Counted from the stretch's first letter, positions 7,285 to 16,481 are shown. The stretch is DNA of 27,902 nt from Deltaproteobacteria bacterium TL4 (GCA_051382335.1 JBBCAX010000021.1:1-27902), one strand, 5' to 3'. Translations and numbers: made by a program. The notes: generated by a model not told the origin, from the sequence alone.

Positions 7285-8907
7285 ATGGCTGAACAAGCCA
7301 ATCCGATACAAGACATACGATTTCAGTTTCAGAATTTTTTTGGTCAGTTGAGTCTGGCAAAACGCATCACGATTCTGATGGTATTGGGCGTCATTCTGGC
7401 AGGGATGGCGACCATGATCGTTATTTCCAATCGACAAACCTGGGCGCCTTTGTACAGTAACCTGGAGCCTGGCGATGCGGCTAAAATCGTCGAAAAACTG
7501 AAAGAAAACCAGATCCCGCACCAATTGGCACCGGGAGGCCGAACTATTTTGGTTCCTCCACAGATGGTGGATGATACCCGGTTGATCATGGCCAGTGAGA
7601 AAGTCCTGCCTGGAAGTGGTGTGGGGTTCATGGAGATGTTTGGTACGCCAAGTCTGGGAGAAACAGAGTTTCAGCAACAAGTGAAATATCGTGTGGCTCA
7701 AGAAGGTGAATTGGCACGTCTCATTGGAAGAATCAACAGCATCAAGTCGGCGAAGGTCTCCTTGGCCTTACCCACCAAAACATTATTCAGTGATTCTGAA
7801 CAACCCCCGACGGCCGCCGTTTCCATCGAAATTGCCAGCAATGCAACGGCTTCACGGCGTCAAATCGAGACGATTACCCATTTGATCGCTGCCGCCGTAG
7901 AAGGTATGGAACCCCGTAATGTACGCGTCAGTGATCAAAGCGGAAGGCTTTTGAGTCGTGATTTGGAGGACGAATCTGTAGGCGGGCGTTTAAGCGAGCA
8001 CTATGCCTACAAACGACGTTTTGAAACAGAGTTGGAGAAAAATGTATTAGGTCAATTAGAACCCATCGTTGGCGAAGATCGTGTAAAGGTTAATGTTTCC
8101 GCAATGATCAAGTTCGATCGGGAAACGAGCAAAGAACAATTGATTGATCCTGACCAAACAGCAACCTTGAGTGAGCAAACCTCGAATGAAAATTCTACCG
8201 GTTCTCGTTCCATACCCGTAGGACCTGCGGGAGTAACCACCAATTTACCCGAAGCGACAGGCCGAGAAGCGGCAACGGTTTCCGAATTTGATAAACAGAG
8301 TACAACCCGAAATTTTGAAATGAGTCGCAAAGAAAGAACCATTGAATCGGCGACAGGACAAGTCCTGGGATTGAGTGTCTCTGTCTTGCTGGATAATAAG
8401 CACCCCGCATTATTAGATGCCGATGGAAAAATCGTAGGACGTGAAAGCTTACCTTGGACTGAAGCGGAAAAAGAAGAAATTGCTGCAATGGTCCGGGCGG
8501 CAATCGGTTTTACCAATAATGACCAGCGCAAAGATACGGTGTTTGTCGCCAATATGTCCTTTGGTAAACCTGTTGAAGAAGATCAACAAGCTCAACTTGA
8601 AGAAACTCAGCGTCAGCGTTTATTTATTGCGGATGTGGTAAAATTCGTGGTTCTCGGCATTGTCATCATTATGCTGATCCTGTTAATTATCCGCCCAATG
8701 GTTCAGCGTCTCAGCGCAAAGCCCGCGGATTTGGATTTGTTGATGGGCTTGCCGGCGACTATTGGAGAACTCGAAGGCGAAGAACTCGAAATTCCAACCG
8801 AACGCGAAGCTGGAATTCCTCCAAGAGACAAGATTATCGATATCGCACGTCAAGATCCTCTCAAAACAGCTTCAATGATTCGAGCTTGGTTACGAGAGAA
8901 GAAATAA
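7285..8907 (+). CDS. fliF: Flagellar M-ring protein FliF
   Basis: N-terminal TM, LYSNLEPGDAAKIVEKLK, GETEFQQQVKYRVAQEGELARLI, AAVEGM, second TM, and C-terminal DPLKTASMIRAWL (FliG-binding end). Confidence 0.96.
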   Translation: MAEQANPIQDIRFQFQNFFGQLSLAKRITILMVLGVILAGMATMIVISNRQTWAPLYSNLEPGDAAKIVEKLKENQIPHQLAPGGRTILVPPQMVDDTRLIMASEKVLPGSGVGFMEMFGTPSLGETEFQQQVKYRVAQEGELARLIGRINSIKSAKVSLALPTKTLFSDSEQPPTAAVSIEIASNATASRRQIETITHLIAAAVEGMEPRNVRVSDQSGRLLSRDLEDESVGGRLSEHYAYKRRFETELEKNVLGQLEPIVGEDRVKVNVSAMIKFDRETSKEQLIDPDQTATLSEQTSNENSTGSRSIPVGPAGVTTNLPEATGREAATVSEFDKQSTTRNFEMSRKERTIESATGQVLGLSVSVLLDNKHPALLDADGKIVGRESLPWTEAEKEEIAAMVRAAIGFTNNDQRKDTVFVANMSFGKPVEEDQQAQLEETQRQRLFIADVVKFVVLGIVIIMLILLIIRPMVQRLSAKPADLDLLMGLPATIGELEGEELEIPTEREAGIPPRDKIIDIARQDPLKTASMIRAWLREKK

Positions 8908-8940
8908 TCTTCTGCGAACGCGTTATAGCGAAAGTTTCCT

Positions 8941-10008
8941 ATGTATAAGAAGGTCGACAAATCCCAGATACAAGAGTATGTTCTTCCTAAGTTCACAGAA
9001 CGCCAGGAAGAACTTGGGAAGGAGGCGACCGATTCCCAAAAACGCTCAAACACTCCAACGAAAACCCCACCCAAAACAGTGCCTTCTTCAGGATTTAAAT
9101 TTGAAGATTTTGAAGATGAGACGAAAGGCCGTACGGTCTCCCTTCAAGTGATCGCCCTCTCTGATGAAGATAAAGTACAGAAATCAGCAGCCTTTAATTC
9201 CAGTAAATTTGTGCTAGAGAACTCTTTACTATCGAATGCTGAAAACTATGCTCAAACCATCAAGGAAGGTGCCGCGATTTACGCAAAGCAAATGAGGGAG
9301 GATGCGGACAGGAAATTTGCGGAAGCCAAAGCCATACACAAGGAAGCCGAAGCACTCAGAGTGTCCATGCGCCAGGAACGGGATCAAATGATTAAAGAGG
9401 CGGAAAGGCAAGTGCAGACTATTAAAGATAACGCTTTTCAGGATGGATTCGAAACGGGTCATGCCGAAGGTATTAATCGACGTTATGAAGAAATGGGACC
9501 TTTGGTGGCACAGATTGAATTGGTTTTGGAGCAACTGAGAAACCTTCGAAAAGTGGTGCGTTTTCAGTCAGAGCAGGAATTAGTCCAACTCGCGGTGATT
9601 ATTGCCAAAAAGATTGTTGTTAAAGAACTGACCCTCAATCCTGATGTCCAAAAAAATATTTTAATCTCCGCGATGAAAGAACTGGATATTCCAGGAAAAA
9701 TTAAAATTTTCTTACATCCCGATGATTATGATTTTCTCAAGCCCACTCATCTGGATTTGGATCAGTACCTGAATGATGAACAAAGCTTGGTGATTAAACC
9801 CAGTCTGGAAGTGGTCCCAGGCGCTATTTTGATTGAAACCAATGAAAGTGTGATTAACCAGTCCTTTGAACATCAATTTGAAGTCATGGAAGAAGTTTTG
9901 AGTCAGAAACTTTCAGAACGTAATGCTCGTTTGCACAAAGTGGATATGGATGAATTTGATTACTCTCTCCCGATTGAGGAAAATGATGATGGAAACGAAT
10001 TCGCCTAA
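8941..10008 (+). CDS. fliH: Flagellar assembly protein FliH
   Basis: Coiled coil with AxxxGxxxG repeats (AFQDGFETGHAEG), ELVQLAVIIAKKIV, IFLHPDD and PGAILIET; directly upstream of fliI. Confidence 0.9.
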   Translation: MYKKVDKSQIQEYVLPKFTERQEELGKEATDSQKRSNTPTKTPPKTVPSSGFKFEDFEDETKGRTVSLQVIALSDEDKVQKSAAFNSSKFVLENSLLSNAENYAQTIKEGAAIYAKQMREDADRKFAEAKAIHKEAEALRVSMRQERDQMIKEAERQVQTIKDNAFQDGFETGHAEGINRRYEEMGPLVAQIELVLEQLRNLRKVVRFQSEQELVQLAVIIAKKIVVKELTLNPDVQKNILISAMKELDIPGKIKIFLHPDDYDFLKPTHLDLDQYLNDEQSLVIKPSLEVVPGAILIETNESVINQSFEHQFEVMEEVLSQKLSERNARLHKVDMDEFDYSLPIEENDDGNEFA

Positions 10009-11323
10009 ATACTCCCATCTGGGGGATTATCTTACAGAAATGGATCGTTTTTCTCCTATTCGCTTAGAGGGACGGGTGACGCAAATGATTGGGCACATGG
10101 TGGAAGCGTATAACCCCGGCTGTGCGGTGGGAAGTCTATGTAAAATTTTTAACCCCAAGCATCGAAACTTTGTTCCGGCTGAAGTGGTAGGGTTTCGTGG
10201 AGAACGCATCCTGCTGATGGCTTTGGATCGTCTTAGCGATGTGAGTCCTGATTGTCGTGTTATTCCTGAAAACCGGACTCCGATGATTCCTGTTGGAGAC
10301 GGAATGCTGGGACGGGTTTTTGATCCCATGCTTCGCCCCTTAGATAATGGGGGTGATCTGGCGACAACTGCTGAAACGCCTCTTTATCCCGGCGTGATTA
10401 ACCCTTTAGGCCGAGCCATTATCACTCGCCCCCTTGATGTCGGTGTTCGGGCTATAAACGCGTGTTTGACCTGCGGCAGAGGACAGCGTGTTGCGATCTT
10501 GGCAGGTTCCGGCGTAGGTAAGTCTGTTTTGCTCGGCATGATGGCCCGCTATACGGATGCGGATGTCAACGTCATTGCGCTTATCGGTGAACGGGGACGT
10601 GAAGTTCGTGATTTTATTGAAAAAAACCTTGGAGAAGAGGGACTCAGGCGTTCAGTAGTAATCGTCGCCACCTCCGATCAACCCCCTTTGCTCAGGATGC
10701 GAGGTGCCTTTGTGGCGACGGCAATTGCGGAATACTTTAGAAATCAGGGTTTGGACGTCCTGCTTACAATGGACTCACTCACTCGATTTGCAATGTCCCA
10801 GCGTGAAATTGGCTTGGCTGCGGGGGAACCGCCTGCGACCAAAGGTTATCCCCCCTCGGTTTTTTCATTGCTACCACTTTTGTTGGAACGAGCCGGAACG
10901 GCTTCAGACCAGGGATCCATTACAGGCTTTTATACCGTTTTGGTTGAAGGGGATGATATGAACGATCCCATAGGGGACGCTGTACGTGCCATTGTCGATG
11001 GACATATTGTGCTTTCACGTGATCTCGCGGCAAGAGGACATTATCCCGCTATTGATATTTTAACCTCTGCCAGCAGGGTCATGAGTGATGTCGTTTCTGA
11101 ATCACACCTTCGATATAGTCATTTATTACGACAAACCTTGTCCACGTACCGTGAAGCGGAAGATCTCATCAATATCGGCGCGTATGTTCGAGGAAGCAAT
11201 CCTGACATTGATTATGCCTTGCGTAAGCACAAGGCCCTGTTGGAATTTCTGCGTCAAAACATGACAGAAAGTACTCCCTTCATGGAGTGTGAAGCCAGAC
11301 TTCAACAAATTTTTCAAGATTGA
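9983..11323 (+). CDS. fliI: Flagellar export ATPase FliI
   Basis: Walker A GSGVGKS, ALIGERGREV, Walker B DSLTRFAM and DGHIVLSR...YPAID. The start is within the ATG run at 9983-9991. Confidence 0.96.
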   Translation: MMMETNSPKYSHLGDYLTEMDRFSPIRLEGRVTQMIGHMVEAYNPGCAVGSLCKIFNPKHRNFVPAEVVGFRGERILLMALDRLSDVSPDCRVIPENRTPMIPVGDGMLGRVFDPMLRPLDNGGDLATTAETPLYPGVINPLGRAIITRPLDVGVRAINACLTCGRGQRVAILAGSGVGKSVLLGMMARYTDADVNVIALIGERGREVRDFIEKNLGEEGLRRSVVIVATSDQPPLLRMRGAFVATAIAEYFRNQGLDVLLTMDSLTRFAMSQREIGLAAGEPPATKGYPPSVFSLLPLLLERAGTASDQGSITGFYTVLVEGDDMNDPIGDAVRAIVDGHIVLSRDLAARGHYPAIDILTSASRVMSDVVSESHLRYSHLLRQTLSTYREAEDLINIGAYVRGSNPDIDYALRKHKALLEFLRQNMTESTPFMECEARLQQIFQD

Positions 11324-11435
11324 CGTGGGTCTTCCTTGATTCTTTTGAATTGCAAAGCGATTCGAATTCTACTATACGTCCCCGTGTGGTTTGTGTACTC
11401 ATTCTGATAAAAAGGATCTGACGGAAGGTAAAGAT

Positions 11436-11861
11436 ATGAAACAATGGAAAGGTGTTGTGGTGCTGGGTATGGTACTGTTACTGGCAGGAGTAGGGAATCC
11501 GACCTCAGCAAGAGCGGCAAAATTACAAATCGTTTTTGAAAATTCCTTATGGGGCGCAGCGATTGGCTGTGTCACAGGAATTGCGTATTGGGGACTGCAA
11601 GAAGAGGATACCTCGGAGATCCCGACCTTGTCACTGAGAGGTGCTGCGATAGGGGTATTTGGTGGAATGTTATTTGGATTTTATGAAGTGAAAAGTGGAG
11701 ATGCTGTTTTTGGGAAACACACTCCGGAAGAGCATGGCTTATTGCACTACGATTCTTTTTCGCAAACGTTGATCCTTTCTCCGGCGAGGCTTTTCGTCTC
11801 AACTCAAAACCATTCTTCGTCAAAAAATTTAAAAAGCACCCTGTTTTCCGCGACTTTTTAA
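11436..11861 (+). CDS. Hypothetical exported or membrane protein with two Gly-rich hydrophobic helices
   Basis: Signal peptide (MKQWKGVVVLGMVLLLAG...ARA) and repeated GAAIG segments (WGAAIGCVTG, RGAAIGVFGG). GGAAGG RBS before the ATG at 11436. It is not FliJ. Confidence 0.7.
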   Translation: MKQWKGVVVLGMVLLLAGVGNPTSARAAKLQIVFENSLWGAAIGCVTGIAYWGLQEEDTSEIPTLSLRGAAIGVFGGMLFGFYEVKSGDAVFGKHTPEEHGLLHYDSFSQTLILSPARLFVSTQNHSSSKNLKSTLFSATF

Positions 11862-11866
11862 GTAAG

Positions 11867-11893
11867 AAGAGAGCGCTGAACGCGCTCTCTTTT
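11867..11893. terminator. Bidirectional intrinsic terminator between convergent genes
   Basis: AAGAGAGCGC-TGAAC-GCGCTCTCTT perfect 10-bp stem, with T-rich flanks on both strands. Confidence 0.8.
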
Positions 11894-11906
11894 GTGGATA
11901 ATGGGG

Positions 11907-12494
11907 TTAATCCACTTGATTCGCTGCGGCTTTAAACGCATCCCAACCCACCATCAAGGGGCCCATGACTTTGTTCAAATAGGAAGCGTATCCTGATCCC
12001 AAAACCGCGCCCGCGATCACCGTGACACCTCCGGAAACCAGATCATTGAAGATACTCTTTCCTCCCGCGACCATTGCCAAATCAGTATCATTAAGCTCAC
12101 CTGTCGTGTTCGGATTTGCGGGGAGTATCAAATGAATCAACTTTTCAGAGTTCTCAAAAACTTTGATTTCAAGACGAGGCACAATGCTTCCCAACTCCTT
12201 TAACGCGTCTTTGGGAGAACGCAAGAGTCTTGATTTGTAGCCTTCATCTTCGTAGGCGTGTTTCATGACCTTTCCGGCAATTGTGCCAGTATTGATGGAA
12301 CTGGGGTTAACCTGACTTTTATCAAGCAAAACAAAATGCATCGTATCCAACGTATCTTCATGAACTGCCAGTGAAATTTCCTCTCCTAATTCAACTCCCA
12401 ATTCCGCAAGAATCGATCTGGGGTTGCTAACGAGTTTTTGTTTAAAATCCGGATCACTCCAAGTGCGTTGCACGATTTCTTCATATTTTTCCAT
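11907..12494 (-). CDS. NHLP (nitrile hydratase-like leader) RiPP precursor with a tandem-duplicated leader domain
   Basis: Two NHLP units (IVQRTWSDPDFKQKLVSNPRSILAELG...VHEDT...HFVL and VMKHAYEDEGYKSRLLRSPKDALKELG...VFENS...HLILP). These are followed by the double-glycine motif GELNDTDLAMVAGG and a 50-aa core. Strong AGAGGAG RBS. Confidence 0.88.
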   Translation of the reverse strand: MEKYEEIVQRTWSDPDFKQKLVSNPRSILAELGVELGEEISLAVHEDTLDTMHFVLLDKSQVNPSSINTGTIAGKVMKHAYEDEGYKSRLLRSPKDALKELGSIVPRLEIKVFENSEKLIHLILPANPNTTGELNDTDLAMVAGGKSIFNDLVSGGVTVIAGAVLGSGYASYLNKVMGPLMVGWDAFKAAANQVD

Positions 12495-12721
12495 GTGTTT
12501 CTCCTCTTCTTTTTTGAATTAACTATTCACGAATAAAATTTCCGCCGTTGATATGTAAATATTATTTTTATTTGGTTTTGTAAACCCAGTTTTTTAAGAA
12601 ACTCTGATTTTTATTGCATGAACAGCAAAATAATCATTCTTATCAGCAGATTGGTTTTTTTGAGAATTTCATTTTTTTTCAGGGCTGCTGCATGGGCACA
12701 TTACAAATTTCTACAACTTGT

Positions 12722-13504
12722 TCAAGTACATGTTTTATCAATTTCCGGTTTAAGCTGATTCTTCGCATAGTCAAGAGCCTGGAGCATCTGCTCCCGCCCA
12801 TCAATCAGGTCTGAGGAATCAATAGACCTCAGGTAAATTTGATGGGGCGCATGGTTCTGAATAAAAATCAATACATACTGAAATTTTTTATGGGTTAGCT
12901 GTTTCATCCCTTCAATATACCATGCCGCTTGAAAATCATAGGCGTAATGGCGAATTTTTCGCTTACAATTTGAGGGGCTGATCGACTGTGAAAATTTAAT
13001 ATCCACAATTTTTAGCGAGTCTTGAAGCAACAAATCCATGCGACCTTTGCATAGAATCCGGGTCTCAGGGTCTTGCCAGAAAATTGAAACTTCCGGTTGC
13101 CCTTGATTCAAAAGAGAGTTCAGTTCGGGATGGCTTTTGACAGCCTTCTGAATATTGAATAATTGATTCCATACATTGCTTGGCAATACGGTTTTACCTT
13201 GATGTTGTGCTTCAAAGGCTTCTCCTTGCGGCACGCTGCTACGCTCTCTTTGTGTGAAGCATTCGGGGGCTTTGACATAAAAATAATCAAAGTTTTCGGG
13301 TTCTAACAGCAGACAATGTCCGGCGTTGCCAAACAGAAAAGGCGGGGTTAGAAGCTGTCCAGGAGAAGGCAGGAGTATTTGTTGTGAATGAAGAAAATGT
13401 TTGGCCTGTGTTTGATTTAAGCCGGCTTCTGCTAGATAATGTTCAAAACCAATCCCTGTAAAGATTCCCTGTTTGAATGAGTGTTGAGACCTATAGACGT
13501 TCAT
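12722..13504 (-). CDS. PD-(D/E)XK nuclease, RecE/exonuclease VIII-like (DUF3799-type)
   Basis: FGNAGHCLLLEP, PEVSIFWQDPETRILCKGRMDLL, IVDIK and YAYDFQAAWY match the RecE C-terminal nuclease motifs. Confidence 0.85.
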   Translation of the reverse strand: MNVYRSQHSFKQGIFTGIGFEHYLAEAGLNQTQAKHFLHSQQILLPSPGQLLTPPFLFGNAGHCLLLEPENFDYFYVKAPECFTQRERSSVPQGEAFEAQHQGKTVLPSNVWNQLFNIQKAVKSHPELNSLLNQGQPEVSIFWQDPETRILCKGRMDLLLQDSLKIVDIKFSQSISPSNCKRKIRHYAYDFQAAWYIEGMKQLTHKKFQYVLIFIQNHAPHQIYLRSIDSSDLIDGREQMLQALDYAKNQLKPEIDKTCT

Positions 13505-13530
13505 TTAGATAATTTCATTGGAATTACTAT

Positions 13531-13606
13531 GGAGTACCAAAGCTTGCTTTGGCAAAATTCAAAGAAAAGCTTTGGCTTTTCTGGTCAAAGCAAGCTTTGA
13601 CACTCC
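13531..13606. repeat. Inverted pair of GGAG-led REP-like palindromes (REPIN-like doublet)
   Basis: GGAGTACCAAAGCTTGCTTTGGC on the plus strand versus GGAGTGTCAAAGCTTGCTTTGAC on the minus strand, each self-palindromic. They flank a central hairpin AGAAAAGC-TTTG-GCTTTTCT. Confidence 0.7.
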
Positions 13607-13635
13607 TAATCATGAGTCGATTAAATGGGTCATCC

Positions 13636-13673
13636 AAAATAGACATGCTGAATTTATTTAAATGCATGTCTAT
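13636..13673 (-). terminator. Probable intrinsic terminator downstream of the FlgT-like gene
   Basis: ATAGACATGC...GCATGTCTAT 10-bp inverted repeat, followed by a short T run on the minus strand. Confidence 0.5.
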
Positions 13674-13728
13674 AGGAATCATTTTTTTACGGCTCACTAT
13701 AATTTTCTGTTAACAAGATCTGCCCCTG

Positions 13729-14937
13729 TTACCGCTTGGAATCCAACGATTCTGGACGACTTGCCGCATCGCCAAGAGGGGTAGGATTAACAAATACAAT
13801 CCGATTGTTGTCCGATTCTTGCGCCACAAGTTCTATCCCTTGCCCTTTTAAATCTTTTCGAATTTTCCGACGTAAACGGCTTTTAGACTCAGAGGAAAAG
13901 ATTTCAATTTCCAAGTAATTTTGATTGTTCTTAAGTTCGGTAAGTTGCTTAAATCCAGACGTGTTTTCCAAATAATCCAAAATGGAGTCTTCCTGCTCCG
14001 CACTATAATTTCGAAAAACCAACAAATACGCAAAGCCAAGGTCCCCCACATTTTGATAGAAATCCGTGATTTTTGTAACCGCTTGTTCTGAGGCCTCCAG
14101 ACTTGCTCGTGCGCCGGCTTTTCCCAGCATGAGTTCCCAGTCATAAGGTCCTGGAGGAGAACTGGCGAGTTCTTTTCCATAGGTCACAACGTCTGCAATT
14201 TGACGTCCTGTACTTGCGTCATAGACACTCATTCTAACGGTTGTTTTTGCCGCGTAAAACATACCTCCCCGTTGATCTCGTTGTCCGCCAATCATTTCGA
14301 AACTAACCAAGATTTCGGCCTGCTGATCTAAAGCCATGGCAATCAAACTATCGGCTGGACGATCCACAACAGCGGCTTTTTCAATCGCCTGATAAACTTG
14401 ATTCATGATTTGATCGTTAAAAACACGAAAGCCCGTGCGGTTCAATTCGTCCCGAATCGCAGCCATGGCTGTACTCACGGCTCCCATCGTACGAGGTAAA
14501 GCATTAGGATCCCGTTGATTATAGATCACCATCACTCGCTTATTCCCCATTTGTTTATGCAGAATTCGCAATGCGGTTAATTTATCTTTGATCTTGGCAT
14601 CTTGGACGTCCGCTTTGATTTTTACTTGATAGCTGGTGTTATCGGAAGTTGGCCCTTCTTCCAGAATCTCATAATTAGCCACAAATCCACTACTCGAACT
14701 TAAAATTTCATCCTTAATGATTTCAAAATTCCTTGAAATCGTCTCTGTCGAAATCAGCGCTCCAACTCCTTGTTCCACGGCTTGACGCTGGGCATTTTGT
14801 AACGCTTGATTTCTTGCACTGCCGATGTTTCCGCTATAAATTGCGGCAGAACCTATTGCGGTCACTTCACGGGCATAAGCCGAGTTTCCAATAACCAGGG
14901 ATCCTATCACTATTCCAATTAAACGCAACCACTGCAT
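13729..14937 (-). CDS. Exported protein with an FlgT N-terminal (flagellar assembly protein T-like) domain
   Basis: Signal peptide ending AYA, then VTAIGSAAI...ARNQALQNAQRQAVEQGVG...SSGFVANYEILEE...YQVKIKADV, typical of FlgT_N/LPP20-type domains. Confidence 0.75.
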   Translation of the reverse strand: MQWLRLIGIVIGSLVIGNSAYAREVTAIGSAAIYSGNIGSARNQALQNAQRQAVEQGVGALISTETISRNFEIIKDEILSSSSGFVANYEILEEGPTSDNTSYQVKIKADVQDAKIKDKLTALRILHKQMGNKRVMVIYNQRDPNALPRTMGAVSTAMAAIRDELNRTGFRVFNDQIMNQVYQAIEKAAVVDRPADSLIAMALDQQAEILVSFEMIGGQRDQRGGMFYAAKTTVRMSVYDASTGRQIADVVTYGKELASSPPGPYDWELMLGKAGARASLEASEQAVTKITDFYQNVGDLGFAYLLVFRNYSAEQEDSILDYLENTSGFKQLTELKNNQNYLEIEIFSSESKSRLRRKIRKDLKGQGIELVAQESDNNRIVFVNPTPLGDAASRPESLDSKR

Positions 14938-15011
14938 ATAACTCCTTCATCTAATGAATATTGATAATAAAACGCTCCGCCAAGGAGTCTAGCTTTTCTG
15001 TTCACAAACTG

Positions 15012-16481
15012 TCAATTCAGATCCAAAGAAGATTCCCCTGTGGGCATTATCGCTTCTGGAGTTAGCCCCCCTGAAGGCCGCGTATTTTCTTCAAAAAGCA
15101 AGGGTAATTCTTCAGGTTTTAAGCGTTCATAACCTTCATGTTCTTCCACTACTGTTTTTTTATCCGTAGCAATAGCAAGAGAAGGCTGCACTAAGGCTTC
15201 AGGAGGCGGCGGTTGTTTTCCGGCTTCTTCAATCGTTCGATCCATTAAGGTATCCAAGGGATTGTAATTGCCAAGTTCATGTTGAATATCCGTCCACGCT
15301 TGTGCGTATTTGGCTTTTGGACTCCACGCATTGGCCTGCGCGAAGTGATAGGGGGCTAATTTCATTTTATTGAGTAATTGATAAACCGAGCCAAGATTGT
15401 AATGGGCTGCCGCCAGGTTTTTACTATCACGATTTTTTGAAGTACGAGCGTGAGATTTGATGATCATTCCATAGTTCTGAAACTGGTCCCGTGATAGTAG
15501 CTTAATCAAGATTCGATCGATTTCAATTAAATTGAAGGTTTGCTCATGAAGTTTGAGTAACGGTTGAATCACGACGCGAGGCAGCAACGCGGCGTTCAAT
15601 TGGGCATAGACGGTATCCGTAAAGTGAAAATGCTCTGAACTCTCAAAAACATAAGGCGCAAAAATAACGTAATTCCAAATCTTGATTGCCCGCTCATACT
15701 CTCCTCTGACCGCAAAACGATTTCCACTTAAAATGCCTGGATGCCCCAAATCCACCAGCTTCGCCGTCCAAGGAACCGGAGCACTCCCTGTTTCGAGGAC
15801 TAAAGTCTTCGTCCTTAAGGCGGGATTGAGTTTTTCAAGAAAACGTTGAAAGAGTTTTTGTCCAAGTTTTTGCATCTCATGCTCTGCGGAAGGGATCTCA
15901 CGGATGGCGTCTTCTCCAAGATAACTCTGCTGAAAACTAATGATTTCATCCTTCTGATACAACACTTGGGACGTCTTCGTCGAAGTGACGATCAGGCGTA
16001 TTTGAAGATCCAACACCCGGTGAATCACCCGTTCTTCGAAAGAAACCTCTACAAATTCAAAAGCTTGTTGTCTTAACCGATTACTGCTGTTGTCCGGTCT
16101 GGATTGGAGATCATGTTTTATGAGATTGATGACTTTTTTCGGACGAGTCACTTCTTCATCCCTAATGGCGTAAATGAGCACTTCGCCTGAAATAATGGCG
16201 GCATTTTCTCGAGGTTTGGGATAATGATCCAAACTGTCAAAAACCGGAGTTTTGTAGGTTTCTCTAATCAAGGTGTCTTTAAAAGGACCAGCCTTCTGGC
16301 CTGTGAACGTATCCACGTAGATACTGGTGATTCCGGTTATCGCATAAGAAGAAGGGGGAATGTCATATTCAATGTGGGTAGAAATACACGCGGAAACCAA
16401 GATCAGAAGTGCACCGATTCCCATTCCTGTCCTGAGGCCCCCTACAAACTTCAAAGTTATGATCCTAGTCGGTAACATCAT
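15012..16481 (-). CDS. Hypothetical lipoprotein with TPR-like helices
   Basis: Lipobox LLILVSA-C, GEYERAIKIW, and AAAHYNLGSVYQLL...HFAQA (TPR-like). The start at 16481 overlaps the 3' end of the pilin gene; the exact start is uncertain (16481, 16478 or 16424). Confidence 0.7.
   Translation of the reverse strand: MMLPTRIITLKFVGGLRTGMGIGALLILVSACISTHIEYDIPPSSYAITGITSIYVDTFTGQKAGPFKDTLIRETYKTPVFDSLDHYPKPRENAAIISGEVLIYAIRDEEVTRPKKVINLIKHDLQSRPDNSSNRLRQQAFEFVEVSFEERVIHRVLDLQIRLIVTSTKTSQVLYQKDEIISFQQSYLGEDAIREIPSAEHEMQKLGQKLFQRFLEKLNPALRTKTLVLETGSAPVPWTAKLVDLGHPGILSGNRFAVRGEYERAIKIWNYVIFAPYVFESSEHFHFTDTVYAQLNAALLPRVVIQPLLKLHEQTFNLIEIDRILIKLLSRDQFQNYGMIIKSHARTSKNRDSKNLAAAHYNLGSVYQLLNKMKLAPYHFAQANAWSPKAKYAQAWTDIQHELGNYNPLDTLMDRTIEEAGKQPPPPEALVQPSLAIATDKKTVVEEHEGYERLKPEELPLLFEENTRPSGGLTPEAIMPTGESSLDLN

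Noticed and set aside
7168..10329. Multiple antisense ORFs within fliF, fliH and fliI
   Set aside because: They largely or fully overlap well-supported flagellar genes and show no recognisable motifs.
11391..11861. fliJ, by position after fliI
   Set aside because: It has a signal peptide and hydrophobic helices, not the soluble charged coiled coil of FliJ.
11907..12494. Nitrile hydratase alpha subunit
   Set aside because: There is no CxxCSC metal-binding motif and no beta subunit, and the double-glycine motif marks it as a RiPP precursor.
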